Assembly: GCA_963786105.1 (NCBI GenBank)
Contig: CAWAXX010000024.1
Coordinates: forward strand, 64,001-128,000
Direction of reading: 5' to 3'
Length of the DNA: 64,000 nt
From: Vulcanimicrobiota bacterium
GTDB lineage: Bacteria; Vulcanimicrobiota; Vulcanimicrobiia; Vulcanimicrobiales; Vulcanimicrobiaceae
Position numbers and translations under genes: made by a program. The notes under the pieces are model-generated. The model was not told where the DNA came from and ran no database searches. It worked only from the letters and a program-made list of their open reading frames with translations. Below, piece by piece: positions 22,345-33,879 of this stretch. How positions within the stretch are numbered: the first letter of the stretch is position 1; every line of letters begins with the position of its first letter.

Positions 22345-23751
22345 ATGCCTCCGCGCGCAATCGCGACCTTCGTCTTCGCCGTGCTTCTGTCCGTATCAAC
22401 GTCGCAGGGCGTTGCAACGGCCGCCTCGCCGCGCGCCGGACAAACCTGGCTCGTCGTCAGCGACATCCATCTCGATCCGTATCTTCGCGGCCCGAATAAG
22501 GCGCTATTCGGCAGCGATACCAATCGGGCGTTATTCCGTTCCGCGCTTGCGGCGATGAAGCGAGCGGTCCCGGATCCGGCCCTCGTTCTGCTTCCCGGCG
22601 ACTTTTTCGCGCACAGTTTCGGCCGGCGAGTTTCGCGCAACTCGCGCGCCCGGTCGGTCGCCGAAGAGGGCCTTCGCACGGTGCGACTGATCGCCGCCGC
22701 GTTCGGTAAGGCTTTCCCACGCGCCCGCTTCGCGATCGTGCTTGGGAACAACGACACTCCGTGCGGTGACTATCGCACCGCGTTCGATACGGCATACATG
22801 GCTGCGGTCGCGCGCGCTTGGGCCCCCCTGGTCGACCGCGGCGGCGACGCGCCGGACTTCGAGACGTCGTTCGCGCGTGACGGACACTATGCGATGTCGC
22901 TGCCGCTACGCGGCGTGCGGCTGGTTGCGATCGACGACGTCCCTTTGAGCGTCTTTTATGCAGGTAACTGCGGCGCCTATCGCACCAACGGCGCCGAGAG
23001 CGAGCTGCGGTGGCTGCAAACGACGCTGTCCGCGACTCCCCCCGGCGTGCGCAATATCGTCATGATGCACGTACCTCCGGGTTACGACGTCACGACGACC
23101 GAGAGAACTCGAGGTCTCGTGACGTGGCCGTTCCTCGAAGCCTCAGTCAATGCCCGGTTGATTTCGGTTCTGTCGGCGCCGGCGAACCGCGTCGCGTACG
23201 CGGTCGCCGGTCACGCTCACCGGTTCGACTTTCGCATCGACGGCGACGTGCCGATCCTCGTATTCGGCTCCCTCTCGCCGATATATCATAACAACCCGAC
23301 GTTTTATACGCTCGACGTGCGCGAGGACGGAGCGGTGCGGGATATCGGAGTTTATGCGTTCGACGAATGGACGCAGACGTGGCAACCGCCGCGAAGTTTC
23401 GATGCCAAGTGGGGCACGGCGACGATCGATGCCGCATCGTTGTCTTCGGTACACGCGCGTCTGGAGGAGCAACCGAAGATGCGGCGCGCTTGGGATGCGG
23501 CTTCCAGCGGCTGGCCCTCGAACCAGCGCCTGGCTTGGGGTTTATGGGACGGTTCGTGGCGCATACCGTGGTGCGCGCAAACCTCGCTGAGCGGCGGCTT
23601 CACGTGGTGCGCCGGGCTGGTGGCTCGCGTTTGGCTTTTCCGGATAACGGTCGCGCTAGCGGTGCTGTGCGGCGCGGCGTTGGTTGCGATCCTCGCGCGC
23701 CGTATCCGGCGTGCCCGTCAACGCCGGCGGCTACTGGTACCCGATCGTTAA
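22345..23751 (+). CDS. calcineurin-like metallophosphoesterase, acid sphingomyelinase-like, secreted with C-terminal anchor
   Basis: Signal peptide; DIH, GDFFAH, GNND, HVPPG, GHAH, SPIYHNNP; C-terminal TM followed by basic tail. Confidence 0.85.
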   Translation: MPPRAIATFVFAVLLSVSTSQGVATAASPRAGQTWLVVSDIHLDPYLRGPNKALFGSDTNRALFRSALAAMKRAVPDPALVLLPGDFFAHSFGRRVSRNSRARSVAEEGLRTVRLIAAAFGKAFPRARFAIVLGNNDTPCGDYRTAFDTAYMAAVARAWAPLVDRGGDAPDFETSFARDGHYAMSLPLRGVRLVAIDDVPLSVFYAGNCGAYRTNGAESELRWLQTTLSATPPGVRNIVMMHVPPGYDVTTTERTRGLVTWPFLEASVNARLISVLSAPANRVAYAVAGHAHRFDFRIDGDVPILVFGSLSPIYHNNPTFYTLDVREDGAVRDIGVYAFDEWTQTWQPPRSFDAKWGTATIDAASLSSVHARLEEQPKMRRAWDAASSGWPSNQRLAWGLWDGSWRIPWCAQTSLSGGFTWCAGLVARVWLFRITVALAVLCGAALVAILARRIRRARQRRRLLVPDR

Positions 23752-25029
23752 CGCCAACCACGCCGGCAGCCGCCCATTGAGGGTCGAGACCGCGTGAGCG
23801 CGTGGGTGCCGCGGCGGATGCGCCGCTTTTTGGACGGCTATCGGTACGTGTGGCGAGGCGGGTGCGAACGATCTTCCGCTCCAAAAGACGGCGCCGATGA
23901 CGAGAAGCGCGAAAGCCAGTCCGGCGGCTTTCAGCGACGGCCGCCACGCCGTGCGCGTGCCGATCCCGTCCATGTAGCTGTTGAGGAGCATCTGGTCGGA
24001 GTGATGCGCCGAGCGCCCCGTCACGCCTGAGAAGAAATCCGAAAAGGCATGGATCACGGCGAGGAGCCGCGTGAATTCGAGCCGGAACAACTTCGGCGCG
24101 ATGGAGCGCAGCGCAAAGTATCCGAAAGCCGTCGGCGCGGCAATCGGATAGAACTTCCAGACCAGCCGGAGCATGTTCCGGACGGCGTAGTAATCGTGCA
24201 GCGGGCTCTTGAAGCCGATCGAGTGCGACTGTTTGTGCCATACGGTCGCTTTCGAGCAACAGTATAGCTTCCAGCCGGCACGGCGCATTCGTATGCACCA
24301 GTCGGTCTCTTCGCGATAGAGAAAATACGATTCGTCGATCAGCCCGACACCGCAAATGGCTTCGGCGCGCACCAGAAGGCTGGCCCCAACGATATGATCG
24401 AGCGGGATCGTCTTGTCTCCGACGTCTGCGGCCTTCTCGCCGCTATGCAGTTGCGTGTCGTGACATAAGACGGGAATGATGTGTCCGCCGCCCATCGCCT
24501 GGATGGTATCGGGAGCGTCGAAGCGGAGAAGCTTCGATCCCACGATCCCGATCGACGCATCGCCGTCGGCAACTTCGAGCATGCGCTCGAGCGCCGCGGC
24601 ATCGGCGACGGTGTCGTTGTTTAAGATCCAAACGTACTCGGCATTCGAGCGATCGACCGCATAGCGAATGCCGATATTATTGCCGTACGCGTATCCGCCG
24701 TTCGTGGGTAACTGAATCAAAACCAGCGGAGCGTGCGCGTGCACGCCTTCGAGGGCTTCCTCGGGATTGCGAAACGTGACGAAACCTTTGTGGTCAGCCC
24801 CCCAACGGCGCAGACGCGCGATCGAATCATCGCTCGATCCGTTGTCGCAGATGACGATCTGATGGGGCACGTGCGTTGAGGCGAGCAGGCTTTCGACACA
24901 AGCGATCGTGTCGGACCACGCGTTCCAGTTGAGAACGACGGCAACGACGCGCGAAGGGAAACCGAAAGTTTCTCGGCCCACACCCGGTCGCACACCCACG
25001 ACGGACGCCAACGCTGCTCCCCCTGACAT
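23731..25029 (-). CDS. GT2 glycosyltransferase (rhamnosyltransferase-like) with C-terminal TM
   Basis: VVLNWN, CDNGS, NGGYAYGNN, LNND, FLYREETDW. Confidence 0.88.
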   Translation of the reverse strand: MSGGAALASVVGVRPGVGRETFGFPSRVVAVVLNWNAWSDTIACVESLLASTHVPHQIVICDNGSSDDSIARLRRWGADHKGFVTFRNPEEALEGVHAHAPLVLIQLPTNGGYAYGNNIGIRYAVDRSNAEYVWILNNDTVADAAALERMLEVADGDASIGIVGSKLLRFDAPDTIQAMGGGHIIPVLCHDTQLHSGEKAADVGDKTIPLDHIVGASLLVRAEAICGVGLIDESYFLYREETDWCIRMRRAGWKLYCCSKATVWHKQSHSIGFKSPLHDYYAVRNMLRLVWKFYPIAAPTAFGYFALRSIAPKLFRLEFTRLLAVIHAFSDFFSGVTGRSAHHSDQMLLNSYMDGIGTRTAWRPSLKAAGLAFALLVIGAVFWSGRSFAPASPHVPIAVQKAAHPPRHPRAHAVSTLNGRLPAWLALTIGYQ

Positions 25030-25230
25030 AAAATCGTCCCGTCTACTATATTAGTTCGAGGGAATCGACCGATGGAATTACCCCTTCGCTCGCCTAGTCC
25101 TGCTAGTGGAACGAGCGTTTTGTTAGCATTGTGCTCATAGTTTGATGACTTAAGTTATCGATTGGCGATTTGGAGCCGGCGAATCGCGAGGAAAGGTTCC
25201 GTTCCGAGCCCGCCGTAAGTTGCTGACGGT

Positions 25231-26505
25231 TTGAACGCTTCGAGTAGTTCCGCGCCCCTTCGCCGGCGCGTCGTCGTAACCGGGCTGGGCGCGGTCACTC
25301 CCATCGGCAACAATCGCGCCGATTTCTGGCAACGCCTGGTCGCCGGCGAATCCGGCGTCGCTCCCATCACCGCCTTCGACGCCGGCGATTTCGCGACGCG
25401 CATCGCGGCCGAGGTCAAGGATTTTCGGCCGGACGAGCTGCTGGGGCGAAAGGAAGCGCGCCGGATGGACCGCTTCACGCAGTTTGCGGTGGTTGCGGCG
25501 GGCGAGGCAATCGAAGACGCGAACCTGCCCGACGACGAGGCTTTCAAGGAACGGACCGGCGCGGTTCTCGGGACCGGAATCGGCGGAATCATCACGTTTT
25601 GGCTCAACTCCGAGAAGGCCAACGAAAACGGAACGTGGTCCAAAGTCACGCCCTTCTTCATTCCGATGCTTATGGCCAACGCCGAAGCGGCCCACATTTC
25701 GATGCGGCATCACTTCAAGGGGCCGATTTTTTCGGCCGCCAGTGCCTGCGCGAGCGCCAACGACGCGATCGTGACCGCCTACAATTACATCGCCTACGGC
25801 GACGCCGACGCGATGATTACCGGCGGTAGCGAAGCGACGGTTTCGCCGCTGGCCATCGGCGGCTTCGCGTCGATGCGCGCGATGTCGACGCGCAACGACG
25901 ACCCCACGCGCGCCAGCCGTCCGTTCGATCGCGAGCGCGACGGCTTCGTATTGGGCGAAGGCGCGGGCGTGCTCGTGCTCGAGGAGTTCGAAAGCGCGAA
26001 GGCGCGCGGGGCGCGGATCTACTGCGAAATCCTCGGCTACGGGCAGTCGGCCGACGCGTACGATTTGGTGGCGGTGGACCCCGATGGCAGCGGGGTCATG
26101 CTGGCGTTGACGCGTGCGTTCGCCAAGGCCGGCATCCAGCCGAAAGACGTCGATTATATCAACGCGCACGGCACCTCGACGCCGATCGGCGATCCGGCCG
26201 AATCGAAGGCCATTGAAAAAGCCTTCGGCGAGCACGCTTCCAAAATGGGCGTCAGCTCCACGAAATCCATGCACGGACACGCACTCGGGGCGGCCGGCGG
26301 AATCGAGGGCGTCGCTACCGTGATGGCCGTGGTCGAAGACGTCATGCCGCCGACCATCAACTACGAATTTCCCGATCCCGAATGTACGCTCGACTACGTT
26401 CCCAACATAGCGCGCAGCGCACCGGTTCGAATCGCACTTTCGAATTCGTTCGGCTTCGGCGGACACAATAGCGTCATCGTCTTCGGCAAAGTACGCGACT
26501 CGTAA
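25231..26505 (+). CDS. fabF: 3-oxoacyl-ACP synthase II
   Basis: RRVVVTGLG, SACAS, NAHGTST, KSMHGH, NSFGFGGHN. Confidence 0.97.
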   Translation: MNASSSSAPLRRRVVVTGLGAVTPIGNNRADFWQRLVAGESGVAPITAFDAGDFATRIAAEVKDFRPDELLGRKEARRMDRFTQFAVVAAGEAIEDANLPDDEAFKERTGAVLGTGIGGIITFWLNSEKANENGTWSKVTPFFIPMLMANAEAAHISMRHHFKGPIFSAASACASANDAIVTAYNYIAYGDADAMITGGSEATVSPLAIGGFASMRAMSTRNDDPTRASRPFDRERDGFVLGEGAGVLVLEEFESAKARGARIYCEILGYGQSADAYDLVAVDPDGSGVMLALTRAFAKAGIQPKDVDYINAHGTSTPIGDPAESKAIEKAFGEHASKMGVSSTKSMHGHALGAAGGIEGVATVMAVVEDVMPPTINYEFPDPECTLDYVPNIARSAPVRIALSNSFGFGGHNSVIVFGKVRDS

Positions 26506-27209
26506 TGGCGGGCGAGGCGGGACGCCGGCGTTTGCGCGCCCTTCTTCGTTTGGCCGGCGTTCGCAGCGCGGGCGACCTTGCCATCACCGAGAAGGCGTTC
26601 GTGCACGAGAGCCACGCGAAGGAACGCGGCGGCGCGTCCAACGAGCGGATGGAGTTCTTGGGCGACTCGGTGCTTGGGTTCATCACCGCGAGTTGGCTTT
26701 TCGAGTGCTTCGGCGACGAGCCCGAAGGTCTGCTCACGCTGCGCAAAGCGGCCATCGTCAACGACGTGCAGCTCGCAAGCACCGCCCGGCGCTTGGGCTT
26801 TTCCGACCTGGTGCAGCTCGGCACCGGTTTACGCAGCTCCGGAGGCGCCGACAACACGTCGGTGCTGGCCGACGCATTCGAGGCGTTCGTCGCCGCCGTG
26901 TACCTCGGGTACGGGCTGGAGAAAGCGCGGAAGTTCGTGATCGCCGAACACGTCGAGCGGCTCGATCACTCGACCGGGGCGCCAATCGATTCGAAGTCGC
27001 GCCTGCAGCATTACGCGCAAGAGCATCTGTCCGCGACGCCGGTCTACCGCGAAACCAGCCGCGGCACGCCGCAGCAGCCTGCCTTCAGCTCGCGCGTGAC
27101 CGTAAAAGGAAAGACGTTGGGAAAGGGCACCGGCCCCTCGAAGAAGGCGGCGCAGCAGGCGGCCGCCGAGGCGGCGCTGACGTCCTTGCTGACGCAATCG
27201 CAACCGTGA
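26505..27209 (+). CDS. rnc: ribonuclease III
   Basis: NERMEFLGD, DAFEA, dsRBD ending GPSKKAAQQAAA. Confidence 0.96.
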   Translation: MAGEAGRRRLRALLRLAGVRSAGDLAITEKAFVHESHAKERGGASNERMEFLGDSVLGFITASWLFECFGDEPEGLLTLRKAAIVNDVQLASTARRLGFSDLVQLGTGLRSSGGADNTSVLADAFEAFVAAVYLGYGLEKARKFVIAEHVERLDHSTGAPIDSKSRLQHYAQEHLSATPVYRETSRGTPQQPAFSSRVTVKGKTLGKGTGPSKKAAQQAAAEAALTSLLTQSQP

Positions 27210-30200
27210 AACTCAAAAAGATCAAGTCCTTCGGGTTCAAGACGTTCGCCGATCCCACCACGCTCGAATTCGGCGGGGGCATCACCGCCATCGTCGGACC
27301 GAACGGCTCGGGAAAGTCGAATCTCGTCGACGCGTTTCGCTGGGTGCTCGGCGAGACGTCGAGCAAGAGTTTGCGCGGCGGGAAACTCGAGGACGTCATC
27401 TTCGCCGGCAACGATAACCGCAAGCCGCTCGGACTTGCGGAGGTGTCGGTGCTCTTCGACAATACCGACGGCCGCTTGCCGATCGAGTTCTCGGAGGTCG
27501 AAATTACGCGCCGGGCGTATCGTGCCGGCGAAAGCGAATACTTTATCAACCGCGCCGCCGTGCGGCTGCGCGACATTCTCGATTTGCTGATGGGCACCGG
27601 CTTGGGACCGGGATCGTACGCGATCGTTTCGCAGGGGCAAGTCGATGCGATCCTCACCAGCAAGCCCACCGATCGCCGCGCCCTGTTCGAAGAAACCGCC
27701 GGAATCAACAAGTTCCTCTCGCGCAAAGCCGAATCGATGCGCCGGCTCGATCAGACCGAACAGAACGCCATTCGCATCAGCGATCTGATTTCCGAGCTGG
27801 AACACCGCGTCCCCGAACTCGAAACCCAGGTGCGGCGCGCGAAACGTTATCGCAAGGTCAGCGGGCGGGTCCGCGATCTCGAAATCCTCGGATACCTTCG
27901 CGCGGGCGCGTCCCGGCGAGCCGAACGCGAAACGCTGCGCTCGGCTCTGGAGAAGAACGAGGAGACGCGCGGCATCGCTGCGGCCAAAGCTGCGTCGTTG
28001 GGCGCGCAGTTGTCGGACGTGCGAACGCGCGTGTACCGTCAGGAACTGCAGCTCGAAGAACTCCGTTCGCACGCCCAGAGCAAGCGCGCCGAGTTGGCCG
28101 GAATCGAAGCGGATTACGCGGCGACGCTCGCACGGCGCGAAGCACTCGAACGTCAATCCACGCAGACCTCCGAGGACGTCGCCCGCGTCGCCCAAGAACG
28201 CGACGCGCTGACGGCAGCCGTCGGCGGTTTAGACGAACGGCTGGCGCCGCTCGCCAGCGAGATCGAGGGCGCACGCGAAGGCGAACTCGTCGCTCAAACC
28301 GCGCTCGCCCAAGCCCGCGCGCGGCTCGATGCGGTTTTTACCGAGCTGCGCGAGGTGGAATCCGGCGCCGCCGTACACGCCGCCAAGAAAGCCGAGCGGC
28401 GCGTGCAGGCCGAGAATCTGCGCTCGCAAGCCGAGCGTTTCGACGAAGAGCTTCGCAACGCGCGGGAGCGCGCGTCGCAGGCTGAAATCGCCGCCGGCGG
28501 CGCGGCGCATCGCCACGCGGAACGCAAACGGCACATCGGCGCGCTGGACGAGGCTCAACTCGACGCCCGCGGACGCGTCGAAGATGCCGAGCGCGAAGTC
28601 GCGCTCGCACAAGAAGAACTCTCGCACGCCCTCGCCGCCCACCGCGATCGAACCGCCGAAACAACCGGCGCCGAGTCGCGCCTGCACACGATTGAAGAGC
28701 TGGAAAACTCGCTCGAAGGGCACGTTCCCGGCACGCGATCGATCGTGGATGCGTGGCAGCGCGGCGAGTTGAGAGGCATCGAAGGCATCGTTTCCAATCT
28801 CATCACGACGGACGAGCGGTACGCGCGCGCCATGGACGTGGCATTCGGAGCCCGTCTCTCGAACGTCGTGACCCGCACGTCCGAGGATGCGGAGCGCGCC
28901 ATCGAGTTCCTCAACCGGAAGGAAAGCGGGCGCGCGACGTTCCTTCCTCTCGACACGCTGGCGAATCGAGAAGGCCGGCATCTCGGCGGCGATCTCAGCG
29001 CGATGCCGGGCGTCATTGGGTACGCGCACTCGCTCGTCGGTACCGAACCGCAGTATCGCGGCATCGTGAACTTCCTGGTCGGCAACGTGCTCATCGTCGA
29101 TCAACTCAAGACGGGCATCGACTTGGTGCGCGAACGCGGACTGCGCGACACCGTGGTGACGCTCACCGGCGAACAAATCACCGGCGGTGGAGCGATTACC
29201 GGCGGACGCTTCCAGCGCGAGCGCTCGATCCTTTCGCGGCGAGCCCAGGCGCAAGGGCTGCGCGAAGCGCTGGTGGAGTTGCGCGCGAAGCTTCGCGAAA
29301 GCGAAGGATCGTTACACGGCGCGCACCAGCGCACCGAGGCGGCGATCGAAAATCGCGACCGCGAGCGCGCGGGGCTGGCGCGCGTCGAGCTCCAGCTGGC
29401 GCAAGCGCGCACCGAGATTTCGGCGCTCGATCACGAGGTCGTGCGCCTGCAAGCCGAGCTCGCGGCCGCGCGCGAACAGGTGACGGACCTCTCCGACAAC
29501 GCGCGGCGCGCGCGCGACGCCGAACGCGGCTTCGAGCGGGTCGAGCCGGAGGAAGCGCGCAGCGATGCCGATCGAACGCGGCTCGAGGAAGATCTGGCGC
29601 GCGTACGCGACGATATCGCGCGGGCCGAAGCGACGCAGCTGGCGGCCAGCGCACGTGCCGCCGACTTGCGCGAACGCGCCGCCGGGTTGGCGGCCGAGCG
29701 GGATGCAGCCAAGGCGCGCTTGGGAATGCTCGACCAAGACGGCGAGCGCGCGCGCCTGGCGCGCGAAGAAATGCTCGCGCAGATCGCCTCGCTGGCCGGA
29801 CAAACGCGGACGTCCCACGCGCACGTCGAAGGTTTGCGTGGCGGCGTCAGCGATCTCGACGCCCAGCTTGACGCCGCTCGCCGCGAACGCGAAGCGCTGG
29901 TCGATCGCCAAACGCAACTCGAGTCGGACGTGCGCATGGCAGAAAACGAAGAGCGCGATGCCAATGCCGGCGGCGAGCGCCATCGCACGCGCCTGGCTGA
30001 GATCGAAGCCGAGCTCGGAATGCTGGTGTCGCAGTTCGCGCAAAATCCGGCCACCGACGACGAGTGTCACGACGTCGAAGCGCGCTACCGGGACGAGCCC
30101 GACGGCGTCGTCGACGACTTGCCGCGGCTCCGCGACGAGCTGGGTCGCCTCTCGGCCAACGTGAACCTCAACGCCGAGGTTGAGCGCCAGGAAGTGATGC

Positions 30201-30772
30201 AGCGCGAAGCGTTTCTGCGCGAGCAGCTCGACGATCTCGCACGCGCCCGCGAAACGCTACTCGAATCGATCCGCGAAATCGAGCAGCAAACGCAAGTGCA
30301 GTTCAACGAGATGTTCGAAAAAGTCTCCCGCGCGTTCGCCGAGATGTATCCCAAACTGTTCCCGGGCGGCCAGGCCAAAATGTGGCAGACGAATCCGGAG
30401 AATCTTTCTGAGACCGGTATCGAGATCGCGGTTCAGCCGCCCGGCAAAAAACAGATGCCGCTGGCGGCCCTTTCGGGCGGGGAACGGGCGATGACCGCGG
30501 CGGCGCTGATTTTCGCGCTGATCGCCGTCAAGCCGTCACCGTTCTATCTGCTCGACGAAGTCGATGCGGCCCTGGACGATGCCAACGTCGAACGCTTCTC
30601 CGAAATGGTCAAGAGTTTTGCGGCGGACTCGCAGATGATCATCGTGACGCACAACAAGAAAACGATGGAAATGGCCGACCGGCTGTACGGCGTGACGATG
30701 GGCGAAGCCGGTATCAGTTCGGTCGTGTCGGCCGAGTTGTCGCCACGGGAGCCGGAGCTCGCGCTTGCCTAG
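27206..30772 (+). CDS. smc: chromosome segregation protein SMC
   Basis: GTG 27206; GFKTF, GPNGSGKSN, coiled coils, hinge GRATFLPL, LSGGE, LDEVDAALD. Confidence 0.97.
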   Translation: MKLKKIKSFGFKTFADPTTLEFGGGITAIVGPNGSGKSNLVDAFRWVLGETSSKSLRGGKLEDVIFAGNDNRKPLGLAEVSVLFDNTDGRLPIEFSEVEITRRAYRAGESEYFINRAAVRLRDILDLLMGTGLGPGSYAIVSQGQVDAILTSKPTDRRALFEETAGINKFLSRKAESMRRLDQTEQNAIRISDLISELEHRVPELETQVRRAKRYRKVSGRVRDLEILGYLRAGASRRAERETLRSALEKNEETRGIAAAKAASLGAQLSDVRTRVYRQELQLEELRSHAQSKRAELAGIEADYAATLARREALERQSTQTSEDVARVAQERDALTAAVGGLDERLAPLASEIEGAREGELVAQTALAQARARLDAVFTELREVESGAAVHAAKKAERRVQAENLRSQAERFDEELRNARERASQAEIAAGGAAHRHAERKRHIGALDEAQLDARGRVEDAEREVALAQEELSHALAAHRDRTAETTGAESRLHTIEELENSLEGHVPGTRSIVDAWQRGELRGIEGIVSNLITTDERYARAMDVAFGARLSNVVTRTSEDAERAIEFLNRKESGRATFLPLDTLANREGRHLGGDLSAMPGVIGYAHSLVGTEPQYRGIVNFLVGNVLIVDQLKTGIDLVRERGLRDTVVTLTGEQITGGGAITGGRFQRERSILSRRAQAQGLREALVELRAKLRESEGSLHGAHQRTEAAIENRDRERAGLARVELQLAQARTEISALDHEVVRLQAELAAAREQVTDLSDNARRARDAERGFERVEPEEARSDADRTRLEEDLARVRDDIARAEATQLAASARAADLRERAAGLAAERDAAKARLGMLDQDGERARLAREEMLAQIASLAGQTRTSHAHVEGLRGGVSDLDAQLDAARREREALVDRQTQLESDVRMAENEERDANAGGERHRTRLAEIEAELGMLVSQFAQNPATDDECHDVEARYRDEPDGVVDDLPRLRDELGRLSANVNLNAEVERQEVMQREAFLREQLDDLARARETLLESIREIEQQTQVQFNEMFEKVSRAFAEMYPKLFPGGQAKMWQTNPENLSETGIEIAVQPPGKKQMPLAALSGGERAMTAAALIFALIAVKPSPFYLLDEVDAALDDANVERFSEMVKSFAADSQMIIVTHNKKTMEMADRLYGVTMGEAGISSVVSAELSPREPELALA

Positions 30773-30804
30773 CAGGCTGCGAAGGAATTCGCGCTGCCGG
30801 ATTT

Positions 30805-32502
<1,698 letters not shown>

Positions 32503-32511
32503 AGGCGCGGC

Positions 32512-33870
32512 TTATTGGTTGTCGGGTGGGCGGCGATCGGGCCGTTCGCGTTCGAAGTACGCCGCGTTGAAGCGAGCGGGGATGGGAACGAATTGACGTG
32601 GCGGCCGCGAAAAATCGAAGCAGTCGCCGGCGGGGGAAGTCGCGCGCGCGTCGGCCGCCGAGAGTCTTGGAAGGCCGAATCGATCCTCGACGAACTTTAG
32701 GATGCTGCCGTGTTCGTATGGCACGTGCGAGACGTAAGCTTTTTTGGCGTACGCCGAGACGACCAGCAACGGCACGCGGATGCCGAGCCCGTCGTAGTCG
32801 GCGAACGGCGGCGCAACGTGGTCGTACCAGCCGCCGTACTCGTCCCACATGATGAAGATCGCCGTCGACTGCCAATACTTCGAGTTGCCGACGGCGTTGA
32901 CGAGCGAGGCGACCCAGTGCGGACCGTGCGTCGCGCCGCAGTCCGCGTGGTCGGAGTTCGGGCACGTCGGCATGACCCAGCTGACCGCGGGCAGTTTCCC
33001 GTTTTTAACGTCTTGAAAGAAGCGCGTTTGGGGACTGATGACGTTGTTGTTCCAGTCGGGACCGTATCGAATGTGTTTGATTGCCTGATACGCGTTCCAC
33101 AAGTTGCCGCTGCCGTCTTCGAGGCTCGACGTATAGTACGCCCACGAAACGCCGGCCGAGTCGAGTTCGTCCCCGAGCGTCCGATACTCGAAGCAGGCTT
33201 GGATTCGGCCGCCGTACGTACGTTGCTGCGTAACGGTCCCGACCGTGTCTTTCGGCCCCCCGTCGCAGCCCCACGTCGTAGCCGGGTAGTTGATGGTCGA
33301 GTTCGCTTGGGCCGCGATGATGTATTGATGCGAGACGAAGCTGCTCGCGTCGAAGTCGGAGGGAAACATGCGATCGGCGAGCACGTACTGTTGCGCCATA
33401 GCAAAATACGGCTTCGTTTCACTTTGTGGCACGTAGCCGTACTGGGGATTGGGATTCGGGCAAGGTGGCTCCCCGGTGCCTCCGCAGGTCACGCTTTCCC
33501 GGTTGAATCCATCCATTTTACAGTTCGTACCGGGGATGCTGCCTTGGCCGTCGCAGGCGGCATAGTACGAAACGGAGTTGTGCCCAACGTCCCAGTTTGA
33601 CCCGAGGCCAATCGGTCGCAGCGAGATTTTCTTGCCGTCGGTTGTGTAGCCGTACGACTGCGTGTCGGCGCCCGGAAAGCCTTGAAACAGATTGTCGAAG
33701 CTGCGGTTCTCTTGCATGATGATGACGACGTGCGAGATCTTGCCGCCGACGCCTTGCTTTACGTTTTGATGGCTTTGCACGGGCGGCGTGCCGGCGTTTC
33801 CGATGCAACCCGAAAGGGAAAGCGCGAGTGTAACGGCGATCGCTCGACCGGTGTCCGAAAAGATTCGCAT
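32512..33870 (-). CDS. phospholipase C/AcpA-type phosphoesterase lipoprotein
   Basis: Lipobox LSGC; QENRSFDN, ASSFVSH, SDH, WDEYGGWYDHV. Confidence 0.92.
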   Translation of the reverse strand: MRIFSDTGRAIAVTLALSLSGCIGNAGTPPVQSHQNVKQGVGGKISHVVIIMQENRSFDNLFQGFPGADTQSYGYTTDGKKISLRPIGLGSNWDVGHNSVSYYAACDGQGSIPGTNCKMDGFNRESVTCGGTGEPPCPNPNPQYGYVPQSETKPYFAMAQQYVLADRMFPSDFDASSFVSHQYIIAAQANSTINYPATTWGCDGGPKDTVGTVTQQRTYGGRIQACFEYRTLGDELDSAGVSWAYYTSSLEDGSGNLWNAYQAIKHIRYGPDWNNNVISPQTRFFQDVKNGKLPAVSWVMPTCPNSDHADCGATHGPHWVASLVNAVGNSKYWQSTAIFIMWDEYGGWYDHVAPPFADYDGLGIRVPLLVVSAYAKKAYVSHVPYEHGSILKFVEDRFGLPRLSAADARATSPAGDCFDFSRPPRQFVPIPARFNAAYFERERPDRRPPDNQ

Positions 33871-33879
33871 GGCCTCCCT

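Noticed and set aside
25150..26466. Long antisense ORFs opposite fabF, rmlB, smc and others
   Set aside because: Expected shadow ORFs in high-GC coding DNA, with no recognisable motifs
26693..27205. N-terminal extension of SMC (similar extensions at 43190, 44973, 46145, 55823, 59367, 62448, 63629)
   Set aside because: These overlap upstream genes; family homology starts at downstream start codons coupled to the previous stop
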